Assembly: GCA_964436545.1 (NCBI GenBank)
Contig: CAYTCJ010000003.1
Location: 70,041 to 134,040 of the forward strand
Source of the DNA: an uncultured Candidatus Saccharibacteria bacterium
Lineage (GTDB): Bacteria > Patescibacteriota > Doudnabacteria > UBA920
Length of the DNA stretch: 64,000 nt
Direction of reading: 5' to 3'
The position numbers were made by a program, and so were the translations under genes. The notes beneath the pieces are model-generated. The model saw only the letters and a program-made list of their open reading frames with translations. It was not told the origin of the DNA and did not search any database. Position 1 is the stretch's first letter. Every line of letters starts with the position of its first letter. Shown here in pieces: positions 35,305 to 44,719 of the stretch.

Positions 35305-36606
35305 CTAAAGGGAAAAACTAATTATAGAAGCCAGCCCGACGGCAAACATGATGGCAATAATCAGCCAGCCCATAGTTTGTTTACCCCGACTGTTAGCATA
35401 ATTGCCCATAATTTTTGGCCGAGAACTAATTTGGACAATGGGGATTAGAATAAACGGTGCCACCAGTCCGTTAATGACCGCGGAGAGAATTAAAGCTTTA
35501 ATGGGGTTTAGACCAACTAAATTTAAACTAAAACCCAACAGCATGGCAATAATAATCGTGCCGTAAAAAGCTTTGGCTTGCTTTAAAGTTTTGTACAGGC
35601 CATTTTTCCAGCCAAAAGTTTCCGCTAAAGCATAGGAGCAACTGCCGGCTAAAACCGGGATTGATAACATCCCGGTGCCTACAATCCCCACAGTAAACAG
35701 GCCGGCTGACCACTGGCCGGCTAAAGGTTTTAAGGCTAAGGCGGCATCGCCTGCCGATTGAATGTTAAAAATTTGATTCTGATTTAAAACCGAAGCTGTG
35801 GTGGCAATAATAAAGAAAGCGATTAAGTTAGAAAAAAACATCCCCACCCACACATCCAACTGCATTTTTTTTATTTCCGCCGGCAGGGTGGGGCTTTGTC
35901 TGGCTTTGAGAGTGGTTTTGCCTTCCAGAATTTCTTCTTCCACTTCTTGGGAAGTTTGCCAAAAAAATAAGTAAGGGGAAATGGTAGTGCCTAAAAAGGC
36001 GCAAAGTAGCACAATGCCGGCTGAGGAAAAAATTTCCCCATTCGGTAAAAAGCCTTTGAGAAAAATTTCTTTACCGTTTAAATTGGCATAAAAGGCGGAA
36101 AATACATAGGCGAGCAAAAAGAGCGCCAGCCATTTTAAAATTTGCGAATAGGTTTTGTAAGAGGAAAAAATTTGCAGTAACAGGCTTAAAATCACAAACC
36201 CCGAAGTGAGAAAGTAAAAATCCAAGCGGGGGAAAACCAGTCTCACGGCTTCTGCCATGGCGGCTAAATTAGCGCCAATATTAAATACGTTGGCCAAAAA
36301 GAGTAAGCCGGTTATGAAAATTAAAAAACTTTTGGGATAATATTTTTTAATGTTGCCCGCTAGGCCTCGGCCGGTCACCATGCCAATTTTGGCGCACATT
36401 TCTTGCACCATGGCCATTAAAGGAAAAGTATAGGGTGCCAGCCAAAGAAAATTAAAACCGAATTTGGCCCCGCTTTGGGCATAGGTGGTAATGCCCGAAG
36501 GGTCGTCGTCGGCTGCGCCGGTAATAAACCCGGGCCCTAAATTTTGCCAAAATTTTCCGGCTTTGCGAATGGGCTGAATGATTATGTTGGGATGTTGGTT
36601 TTTCAT
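35305..36606 (-). CDS. NRAMP-family divalent metal transporter
   Basis: LGPGFITGAADDDPSGITTY and GTTISPYLFFWQ; multiple TM helices. Confidence 0.93.
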   Translation of the reverse strand: MKNQHPNIIIQPIRKAGKFWQNLGPGFITGAADDDPSGITTYAQSGAKFGFNFLWLAPYTFPLMAMVQEMCAKIGMVTGRGLAGNIKKYYPKSFLIFITGLLFLANVFNIGANLAAMAEAVRLVFPRLDFYFLTSGFVILSLLLQIFSSYKTYSQILKWLALFLLAYVFSAFYANLNGKEIFLKGFLPNGEIFSSAGIVLLCAFLGTTISPYLFFWQTSQEVEEEILEGKTTLKARQSPTLPAEIKKMQLDVWVGMFFSNLIAFFIIATTASVLNQNQIFNIQSAGDAALALKPLAGQWSAGLFTVGIVGTGMLSIPVLAGSCSYALAETFGWKNGLYKTLKQAKAFYGTIIIAMLLGFSLNLVGLNPIKALILSAVINGLVAPFILIPIVQISSRPKIMGNYANSRGKQTMGWLIIAIMFAVGLASIISFSL

Positions 36607-36790
36607 GAGGAAGCTTGTGTCTTTAGGATACTACATTCTACCTGAATTGCCAAAGAGGCTTAATGTGAATTTCGGGGAGCAAAATAGTGTTTTGGATGAT
36701 ATTGGGGATAAGCTAAAAATTGTGTGATTTTTGCCCATTTTTTTCGCTTGACCGCACTTTATTTGTTTGTTATCTTACATTAGATAACCA

Positions 36791-36847
36791 ATGCAATACC
36801 CCACACTCGATACTAATTTTATTGATTTTAACCCCACCCTGAAATAG
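36791..36847 (+). CDS. Putative pyr operon leader peptide (18 aa)
   Basis: MQYPTLDTNFIDFNPTLK* with its stop codon inside the terminator hairpin upstream of pyrC. Confidence 0.5.
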   Translation: MQYPTLDTNFIDFNPTLK

Positions 36848-36866
36848 GGCGTGGGGTTATTTTTTT
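36829..36866 (+). terminator. Attenuator terminator in the pyr operon leader
   Basis: taaccccaccct-gaaat-agggcgtggggtta followed by a T7 tract, co-oriented with and upstream of pyrC. Confidence 0.7.
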
Positions 36867-37077
36867 ATTCACATTATCAATACAAATAGTAGAGAATAAC
36901 CCTCCGAAGCTTTAGCGCAGGAGGGTACCACCTAAATAAATTACATTTATGTTCAAATTTACGAATAGTACCTGCCTGCCGGCAGGTCAGGCGAATCTAC
37001 AAATAACAACGAATTTTATTTTCGCATTCGTGGATTTGAAAATATTTGTAGATTTGTCTAATTTGTAGATTTGATTT

Positions 37078-38328
37078 ATGACTTCCATTGAAGGATTCAT
37101 AGTAAATATAGATGGCGTAAAGCGTGGCCGAGTAGAAATTGGCGATAACGGCTTAATTGTGGGAATAGCCGAAGCTACCGGCAAAGCCGACATTGTTTTA
37201 AATGATGAACTGATATTTCCGGGGTTTATTGATTTGCACGTGCACGCGCGGGAGTGCACAGACCATACTTGGGATTACAAAGAGGATTTTGTGTCTGCAT
37301 CGAATTCTGCCATCAACGGGGGCGTGGTAGCCTTTGCCGATATGCCGAATAATCCCACGCCACCCATAGATGACGCGAGTTATGCGGAGAAATTAAAGTT
37401 AACCGAAAAATCAGCTGTAGAAATTTTGCTGTATGCCGGCACTAATCCCACTTCTCGGCCTTTGCAAAAATCCGTGCCTTACAAAGCCTACATTAGCAAA
37501 TCGGTGGGTGATTTATTTTTTGATTCTTTTGTCGAATTAGAACAGTTTGCGCAAACATACCAAGGCCAAAATGTAAGTTTTCACTGTGAAGATCCGGAAA
37601 TTTTAAAAGCCAATTCGCATCAAACGGCTCATGAGCTAAAGAGACCGGAAAGCGCGGAAGTTTCCGCAGTAGATATGGCGCTCCAAATGATGGAAAAATA
37701 TCATTTGCAAGGCAAGATTTGCCATGCTTCCACGCCTGAGGCCATAGAAAAAATCAAACAAGCGAGACGGAGAGGCGTAAAAGTTACTGTAGAAGTTACT
37801 CCGCATCATTTATTTTTTGACCAAACTATGGTTCAGCCGGAAGCCAAAAGCAGTTTTCAAGTCAATCCGCCGATTCGCCAATCGCCGGAAACTCGGCAGT
37901 ATTTACTTCGCGCCTTAAAACACGGCGATATAGATTTTATTGCCACAGACCATGCTCCGCATTCATTGGCAGAAAAAGCTACAGGCACCTCCGGTCTTAC
38001 TCATTTGGATACTTTTGGTCCCTTTGTTACGTGGCTGATGCAAGCGCATCAATTTACGCCTCAAGAGATTGCGCGAGTTTGTGCCTATAATCCGGCTAAA
38101 TTTTTTAACCAATTTTCTCAAAATCCATACGGCCAAATTGCTTCGGGGTTTGTGGGCAGTTTATCGATTATAGATATGAATGAGCCCATTACGATTACAA
38201 AAGATGTTTTAAAAACCAAAGCCCAGTGGTCGCCGTTTGAAGGCTTAACGTTTTCTGGCTCAGTCGCGATGACAGTTATTAAGGGCAAGGTTTATAAGAT
38301 TGATAAATCATTGGCCGAAAATTTCTAA
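37078..38328 (+). CDS. pyrC: Dihydroorotase
   Basis: PGFIDLHVHAR, DMPNN, EVTPHHL, VNPPIR and ATDHAPH; operon with carAB and pyrB. Confidence 0.9.
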   Translation: MTSIEGFIVNIDGVKRGRVEIGDNGLIVGIAEATGKADIVLNDELIFPGFIDLHVHARECTDHTWDYKEDFVSASNSAINGGVVAFADMPNNPTPPIDDASYAEKLKLTEKSAVEILLYAGTNPTSRPLQKSVPYKAYISKSVGDLFFDSFVELEQFAQTYQGQNVSFHCEDPEILKANSHQTAHELKRPESAEVSAVDMALQMMEKYHLQGKICHASTPEAIEKIKQARRRGVKVTVEVTPHHLFFDQTMVQPEAKSSFQVNPPIRQSPETRQYLLRALKHGDIDFIATDHAPHSLAEKATGTSGLTHLDTFGPFVTWLMQAHQFTPQEIARVCAYNPAKFFNQFSQNPYGQIASGFVGSLSIIDMNEPITITKDVLKTKAQWSPFEGLTFSGSVAMTVIKGKVYKIDKSLAENF

Positions 38329-38371
38329 TTAACCTATAGCTTATTAGAACAATTAAAATAATTTACAAAGT

Positions 38372-39511
38372 ATGACATCCGAATTAATTCTTAAAGACGG
38401 CACACGGTACGAAGGAGTGAGTTTTGGTGCCAATCTCCCTGCTTTTGGCGAAGTGGTGTTTATTACCGGTATGGTCGGGTATCCGGAATGTTTTACCGAC
38501 CCCAGTTTTAAGGGGCAAATTTTGGTAATGACCTATCCGCTGTTGGGAAATTACGGGGTGCCAGACAAAAAAACTTGGGAGTCAGACAGAGTTCAAATTT
38601 CCGGTTTGGTAGTGTGCAATTATATAGACACGCCGAGTCATTACACCTCTCAGCAAACTTTAGCCCAGTGGCTCAAACAACAAGGAGTGCCGGCTTTGGA
38701 AATTAAAGATACACGGGGTTTGACGCAAAAATTAAGAACACACGGAGTAATGCTGGGACGTTTTGTCATTCCGGCCAAGTCCCGACTAAATTCGGGACAC
38801 GAGCCGGAATCTAAAAAAATAGATTCCCTCCGTGGGTTGGCGGATCGCGGGAATGACAAAGAGCAAGAATTTCAGGATCCCAACCTGCGTAATTTGGTGG
38901 CTGAAGTTTCCTGTAAAAAACCTTATATGGTTGAAAACCGCAATCCTTCGACTTCACTCAGGGCAGGAAAAACTGTGGCGTTAATTGATTGCGGAGCCAA
39001 ATTTAATATTGCGCGTTCGTTAGCTAAACGGGGAGTAAAAGTGTTAGTGGTGCCCTGGCAGACCGATGTTTTGAAATTAAAACAGAAAATTCATGGTGTA
39101 ATGATTTCCAACGGACCGGGCGACCCACAAATGGCTAAAGCCACGATTGAAAATGTGAGAAAAATTTTAGCTAAAAAATTGCCCACGTTTGGGATTTGTT
39201 TAGGCAACCAGATTTTAGCACTGGCAGGCGGAGGCACCACGTATAAACTTAAGTTTGGCCACCGAGGGCAAAACCAGCCGGCGGTGTTAGCGGGCACCCA
39301 CAAAGCTTACTTAACGACGCAAAACCACGGGTTTGCCGTGGGAAAAATCCCCAAAGGTTTTAGAGAATGGTTTTATAATGGGAACGATAAGACCAACGAG
39401 GGGATTATTCACAAGAGCTTGCCGTTTATGTCGGTGCAGTTTCATCCCGAAAGCTACCCGGGCCCAACCGATACCGATTGGTTGTTTGATGAATTTATAA
39501 AAAAATTGTAA
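38372..39511 (+). CDS. carA: Carbamoyl-phosphate synthase small subunit
   Basis: GEVVFITGMVGY, SNGPGDP, GICLGNQ and VQFHPE. Confidence 0.97.
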   Translation: MTSELILKDGTRYEGVSFGANLPAFGEVVFITGMVGYPECFTDPSFKGQILVMTYPLLGNYGVPDKKTWESDRVQISGLVVCNYIDTPSHYTSQQTLAQWLKQQGVPALEIKDTRGLTQKLRTHGVMLGRFVIPAKSRLNSGHEPESKKIDSLRGLADRGNDKEQEFQDPNLRNLVAEVSCKKPYMVENRNPSTSLRAGKTVALIDCGAKFNIARSLAKRGVKVLVVPWQTDVLKLKQKIHGVMISNGPGDPQMAKATIENVRKILAKKLPTFGICLGNQILALAGGGTTYKLKFGHRGQNQPAVLAGTHKAYLTTQNHGFAVGKIPKGFREWFYNGNDKTNEGIIHKSLPFMSVQFHPESYPGPTDTDWLFDEFIKKL

Positions 39512-39536
39512 GCTATTAAGTTGTAAGTTAGTAAGT

Positions 39537-42500
39537 ATGAAAAAATTTAAAAAAATTCTTATCTTAGGCAGTGGGGCGCTTAAAATCGGCGAGGCCGGGG
39601 AGTTTGATTATTCCGGCAGTCAAGCCATTAAAGCCTTAAAAGAAGCGGGGATTAAGTCCGTGTTAATTAATCCCAATATTGCCACTTTTCAGACCTCGAA
39701 AGCTTTAGCCAACCAAGTGTATTTTTTGCCGGTAAACCCTTATTTTGTGGAACAAGTTATAAAGAAAGACAGGCCCGATGGCATCTTGTTGTCTTTTGGC
39801 GGGCAGACGGCTTTAAATTGCGGTTTGGCTTTGGAAAAATCCGGCGTATTAAAAAAATATCACGTGCAAGTTTTAGGCACGCCGGTTAAATCCATTGAGC
39901 TTACCGAAGACCGCCAAATGTTTGCCGATCATTTAAAAACCCTCAATATTCCGGTGCCGGTAAGCGGTACTGCCACCACTTTAGCCGAGGCGCAAAAAGT
40001 TGCCGAGCAGATTGGTTTGCCGGTAATGGTGCGGGCAGCGTTTACTTTGGGCGGACAAAAATCCGGCGTAGCCAAAACCGCTAAACAATTAAAGGAAATT
40101 GTGAATGGCGCTTTGGCAGTAAGTCCACAAGTGTTAATTGAAAAATATTTACATCACTATAAAGAAGTGGAATACGAAGTGGTGAGAGATAGGTTTGATA
40201 ACTGTGTGACCGTGTGTAATATGGAAAATTTTGACCCTTTGGGCATCCACACCGGAGATTCCATAGTCATTGCGCCGAGTCAGACTTTAACTAATCACGA
40301 GTACCATAGCTTAAGAGAAGCTTCCATAAAAATTGTTAAATCTTTAGGGATTGTGGGCGAATGCAACGTACAGTTTGCCTTGAATCCACGCGGACTAACG
40401 CGAAATTTAACGCGGACTAAAGCGGAAGCTGTAGGTTCCTCCCCCCTTGTGGGGGAGGCTAGGAGGGGGGATCAACCGGACTATTATGTGATTGAGGTCA
40501 ATGCCCGGCTTTCAAGATCCTCTGCGCTGGCTTCCAAAGCTACGGGCTATCCTTTGGCGTATGTGGCAGCCAAGTTAGCTTTGGGTAAAAGTTTGCTGGA
40601 AGTGCAAAATAAAATTACCCAAGTTACTCAAAGTTTTTTTGAACCGGCTTTAGACTATGTGGTGGTTAAAATGCCTCGTTGGGATTTGGAAAAATTTAAA
40701 GGTGCGGAAGAAAAAATCGGTTCGGCAATGAAGTCAGTCGGTGAGGTTATGGCGATTGGCAGAAATTTTGAAGAAGCCCTGCAAAAAGCGGTGCGAATGC
40801 AATCGGGTCAAACCGAAAGCATTACCGATAACGGTTTTGCCAATCATACTGCCATTAAAGAATTTTTAACCACTCCGACGCCTCGCCGGGTCTTTGCTGT
40901 GTCAGCAGGTTTAAAAGCCGGCATGTCAGTAAAGACGATTCATAAGTTAACCGGCATTGACCCTTGGTTTTTATACCGAATAAAAAATATTGTAGACGCG
41001 GAGAGGGAACTGATAAACCCAACCGGTAATTCCCTCCCCCCTGTGGGGACGGTTAGAGCTAGCCCCGTACTTGATACGGGGGAGAGGGTAAAGATTGAGC
41101 ATCAGACTTTGTTAAACCTTAAACGATTGGGTTTTTCCGACAAAAAAATTGGCCAGCTGTGTGGCCAGACCGAATTTGCCATTAGACGTTTGCGTAAGGC
41201 TTACCAAATTCATCCTTCCATTTTTCAAATTGATACTTTAGCCGGCGAAGTGCCGGCGCAGACCAATTATTTGTATCTTACATACCATGGCGGGCATAAC
41301 GATGTAAAACCTCTGGGTAAAAATGCGGTTTTGGTTTTAGGTAGCGGACCTTACCACATTGGCAGTAGCGTGGAATTTGATTGGTCGTGTGTGCATGCGG
41401 CTTTGCAATTAAAAAAACATCGGAAACATTCGGTAATCATTAATTGTAATCCGGAAACCGTATCTACCGATTACGATATGTCCGACCGACTGTATTTTGA
41501 AAATTTGTCTTTTGAAACCGTGGCGGATATTTTTGAATGGGAACACGCCGGGGGTTTGGTAATTTCCGTGGGCGGGCAAAGGCCTAACAATTTAGCGAAA
41601 AAATTATCCCGGGAAGGGTTTAAACTCCTTGGGACTTCGGCAGAGAATATTGACCGCGCGGAAGACCGAGTAAAATTTTCGGCTTTGTTGGATAAGCTGG
41701 GGATTTTGCAACCCAAGTGGGAAAGTTTTTCCAACTTAAAGACTGCGGAAAAATTTGCGGAAATGGTAGGTTATCCGGTTTTGGTGCGTCCGTCGTATGT
41801 GCTGTCCGGCAGTGCCATGAGCGTGTGTTATAACCAGGCTCAGCTGGAAACTTTTTTAAGTAAAGCGGTAGTCTTAGGCGCCGAGCATCCGGTGACCATT
41901 TCCAAATTTGTAGAAAACGCTAAAGAATTGGAGTTCGATGCCGTGGCGCAAAACGGCCAGTTAATGATTTATGCCATTTCCGAACACGTGGAAAATGCCG
42001 GAGTGCACAGCGGGGATGCCACGATTGTGTATCCCACGCAAAGAGTGTATGCGTCCACCGAGTTTCAGTTAAGGCAAATTGCCAAAAAAATCGCGCGGGA
42101 ATTAAAAGTAACGGGTCCCTTTAACATTCAGTTTTTAGTTAAAGATAACAAGCCTTCGGTAATTGAGGTGAATTTGCGGGCGAGTCGAACTTTTCCGCTT
42201 TTGTCCAAAGCTTTAGACGCCAATTTTCCGGAAATGGCAGTGGATGCGTTTTTTGGCAAAGCCAAAAAATTTGATTACGAATACCCCAACCGTGTAGTTG
42301 TTAAGTCGCCTCAATTTTCTTTTGCTCGGCTAAGCGGAGCAGATCCGGTGTTGCGAGTGGAAATGTCTTCTACCGGAGAAGTGGCGGCTTTTGGGCGCAC
42401 TTATGACGAAGCGTTAATTAAGTCCATTATGTCCGCGAATAATTTTAGTTTTGCCAAGAAGCAAGTGTTATTATCTTTGGGCGGGGAGTTAAATAAAGTC

Positions 42501-42893
42501 AAATTTGTGGAATCGGCTCAGATTTTACAAACTTTAGGGTATACGATTTTTGCCACCGATAGCACAGCCAAATTTTTAACCAGTCAAGGGCTTAAGTGCC
42601 AAACGGTAAAAAAGGTTTCCGAAGGTTCGCCGAATGTGGTGGATTTGGTGCAAAGCAAAACTGTGGCTTTTGTGGTAAACTTAAGTCAGCAGAGCGTAAG
42701 AACCGCCCCGAGCCGGCAACATCAACATTTAACCGACGGTTACCATATTCGGCGAGCCACGGTAGATAACCAAATTCCTTTGTTTACCGATTTGCATTTG
42801 GCCCGAGCGTTTATTAAAGCTTTAAGTAATTTTAAATTAGAAGATTTGGAAATAAAAAGTTATAAAGAATATTTAAAAAATGACAAAAGTTAA
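39537..42893 (+). CDS. carB: Carbamoyl-phosphate synthase large subunit
   Basis: GEAGEFDYSGSQA, GIHTGDS, IEVNARLSRSSALASKATGYP and NCNPETVSTDYD. Confidence 0.98.
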   Translation: MKKFKKILILGSGALKIGEAGEFDYSGSQAIKALKEAGIKSVLINPNIATFQTSKALANQVYFLPVNPYFVEQVIKKDRPDGILLSFGGQTALNCGLALEKSGVLKKYHVQVLGTPVKSIELTEDRQMFADHLKTLNIPVPVSGTATTLAEAQKVAEQIGLPVMVRAAFTLGGQKSGVAKTAKQLKEIVNGALAVSPQVLIEKYLHHYKEVEYEVVRDRFDNCVTVCNMENFDPLGIHTGDSIVIAPSQTLTNHEYHSLREASIKIVKSLGIVGECNVQFALNPRGLTRNLTRTKAEAVGSSPLVGEARRGDQPDYYVIEVNARLSRSSALASKATGYPLAYVAAKLALGKSLLEVQNKITQVTQSFFEPALDYVVVKMPRWDLEKFKGAEEKIGSAMKSVGEVMAIGRNFEEALQKAVRMQSGQTESITDNGFANHTAIKEFLTTPTPRRVFAVSAGLKAGMSVKTIHKLTGIDPWFLYRIKNIVDAERELINPTGNSLPPVGTVRASPVLDTGERVKIEHQTLLNLKRLGFSDKKIGQLCGQTEFAIRRLRKAYQIHPSIFQIDTLAGEVPAQTNYLYLTYHGGHNDVKPLGKNAVLVLGSGPYHIGSSVEFDWSCVHAALQLKKHRKHSVIINCNPETVSTDYDMSDRLYFENLSFETVADIFEWEHAGGLVISVGGQRPNNLAKKLSREGFKLLGTSAENIDRAEDRVKFSALLDKLGILQPKWESFSNLKTAEKFAEMVGYPVLVRPSYVLSGSAMSVCYNQAQLETFLSKAVVLGAEHPVTISKFVENAKELEFDAVAQNGQLMIYAISEHVENAGVHSGDATIVYPTQRVYASTEFQLRQIAKKIARELKVTGPFNIQFLVKDNKPSVIEVNLRASRTFPLLSKALDANFPEMAVDAFFGKAKKFDYEYPNRVVVKSPQFSFARLSGADPVLRVEMSSTGEVAAFGRTYDEALIKSIMSANNFSFAKKQVLLSLGGELNKVKFVESAQILQTLGYTIFATDSTAKFLTSQGLKCQTVKKVSEGSPNVVDLVQSKTVAFVVNLSQQSVRTAPSRQHQHLTDGYHIRRATVDNQIPLFTDLHLARAFIKALSNFKLEDLEIKSYKEYLKNDKS

Positions 42894-42983
42894 AAAAATA
42901 ATAAAAATGACAAAAGTTAAGACCGTAATTACAATTTAGTTTTGTCATTTTCGTCGTTTTTGTCATTCTTGCTCATTTATTTT

Positions 42984-43901
42984 ATGAACCACATTCTTAC
43001 CGGTAAACAATTTGCCGATAAAAATTTATTAGATAAGCTGTTTGCCAAAGCTGTAGAATTAGAACAGGCGGATTTAAACGGGGGTATGCCCAAAACTTTG
43101 GCCGGCAAAGTGGTGGCTACTCTATTTTTTGAATCCAGTACTCGAACTCGGTTGTCGTTTGAATCCGCAACTTTGCGTTTGGGAGGCAATATTATTTCCG
43201 TGGCTGATGCTAAAACTTCCTCTATGTCCAAAGGTGAGAGCATAGAAGATACCATTAAGGTAGTTTCCGGTTATGCTGATGCGATTATTTTACGTCATCC
43301 GGAAAATGGGGCCGCGGAAAAAGCGGCTAAAGTGTCCCTTGTGCCCATTATTAATGCCGGCGATGGATTTAATGAGCATCCCACGCAAGCTTTAATGGAT
43401 TTGTTCACTATGCAAAAAGAATTGGGGAGAGTGGAAAATTTAAAGATCGCTTTTTTGGCAGATATGCGCTATCAACGAAATATTCACTCTTTGTCCGCAA
43501 TGTTTGGAGTGTATGAGGGAGTAAAATTATATTTAATCGGGCCGAAAGATTTGCGTTTACCCGAACGGTATAAACAGCAATTAGTGGCTAACAGGGTAGA
43601 ATTTACGGAACTGGAAACTTTAGACTCGGTTTTGCCGGAAATAGATGTGTTGTATGTGGCGAGAGTCTTTAAAGAAAGATTTGCCGAAGAAGCCGAATAT
43701 GAACGTTTAAAACAAGCGTTTTTTGTAGATTTAGCCACCGTGGCCAAAATGAAACAGCAATCCGCCATTCTTCACGTAATGCCGAGGGTTTACGAAATTG
43801 ACCCACAAGTCGATGCCGACCCCAGAGCGGCATATTTCCGCCAAGCTAAAAATGGGCTGTATATCCGCTCCGCCCTTTTGTTGCATGCCCTAGGCTATTA
43901 A
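42984..43901 (+). CDS. pyrB: Aspartate carbamoyltransferase
   Basis: FFESSTRTRLSF and INAGDGFNEHPTQ. ATG 42984 is preferred because the upstream TTG lies inside a repeat. Confidence 0.95.
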   Translation: MNHILTGKQFADKNLLDKLFAKAVELEQADLNGGMPKTLAGKVVATLFFESSTRTRLSFESATLRLGGNIISVADAKTSSMSKGESIEDTIKVVSGYADAIILRHPENGAAEKAAKVSLVPIINAGDGFNEHPTQALMDLFTMQKELGRVENLKIAFLADMRYQRNIHSLSAMFGVYEGVKLYLIGPKDLRLPERYKQQLVANRVEFTELETLDSVLPEIDVLYVARVFKERFAEEAEYERLKQAFFVDLATVAKMKQQSAILHVMPRVYEIDPQVDADPRAAYFRQAKNGLYIRSALLLHALGY

Positions 43902-43916
43902 TTTTTTTATATTTTA

Positions 43917-43952
43917 TTACCAATTATCTTACATATGTAAGATAATTGGTAA
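43917..43952. repeat. 36-bp perfect palindrome, copy 1
   Basis: ttaccaattatcttacat|atgtaagataattggtaa. Confidence 0.95.
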
Positions 43953-43985
43953 AGTTTAAAAAGTTACCTATACAATATAAACCTT

Positions 43986-44642
43986 TTAAATTATAGATTT
44001 AAAATGATGCTTTAATCTGTGTTCGTCTTCCGGGTCCAGATTAGTTGCCTCTAGAAATGTAATATAAGGATCCAAACCATAGTATTTGCTGAGAAAAGCC
44101 AATTCATCGCGGGGGTCAAAAGGATAGACCCAAATTGATTTTTGAAAACTATAGGCCCCAATGGATTTTATCTTTTTTCTGAATGAGTTAATTTGACTCC
44201 TGAATTCAATCGGTATATCGGCTAAGATGAACCACCAAGTTTTTTTCCACTGGTTATTTTTGGGCAGTGAAAGACTTTGTAAATTAAGTAATTTGAGTTT
44301 TTTCCTTCCTTTTTGAGTAATTTTTACTAAAAAATCATCACCTTTAGGCAGAAGTTGGATATAGTTATGTTGCCTAAGGTAATAAATAACTCGACTAATT
44401 TTCTTTTTTGACCTTTTGGTTTGGTGTAAATACCCTTTAGTATATTTTTGATTTGGTAGCAATTTTAACAGTTTTAGTGCATTTGGAGCCACTAAAGCCA
44501 CAGTAGTTATGCCTAGAGAAGCAATGACTCCTAAAGTGATTGCTGACATATCTTTTAATCTTGAGACTTGTTCCGGAGTTAGATTTAAAAGCGGTTTAGG
44601 CAAATTGGCCTCAATGATTTTTGCCAGTGATGCTTTGCTCAT
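43986..44642 (-). CDS. PaaX-family protein (wHTH plus Cas2-like C-terminal domain)
   Basis: WWFILADIP...FRKKIKSIGAYSFQKSIWVYP and a wHTH segment ending KITQKGRK. Confidence 0.85.
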   Translation of the reverse strand: MSKASLAKIIEANLPKPLLNLTPEQVSRLKDMSAITLGVIASLGITTVALVAPNALKLLKLLPNQKYTKGYLHQTKRSKKKISRVIYYLRQHNYIQLLPKGDDFLVKITQKGRKKLKLLNLQSLSLPKNNQWKKTWWFILADIPIEFRSQINSFRKKIKSIGAYSFQKSIWVYPFDPRDELAFLSKYYGLDPYITFLEATNLDPEDEHRLKHHFKSII

Positions 44643-44679
44643 ATTATTTTTATTTTATATTTTTTTAGTTTAAAATTGC

Positions 44680-44719
44680 TTTTACCAATTAACTTACATA
44701 TGTAAGTTAATTGGTAAAA
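44680..44719. repeat. 40-bp perfect palindrome, copy 2
   Basis: ttttaccaattaacttacat|atgtaagttaattggtaaaa. Confidence 0.95.
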
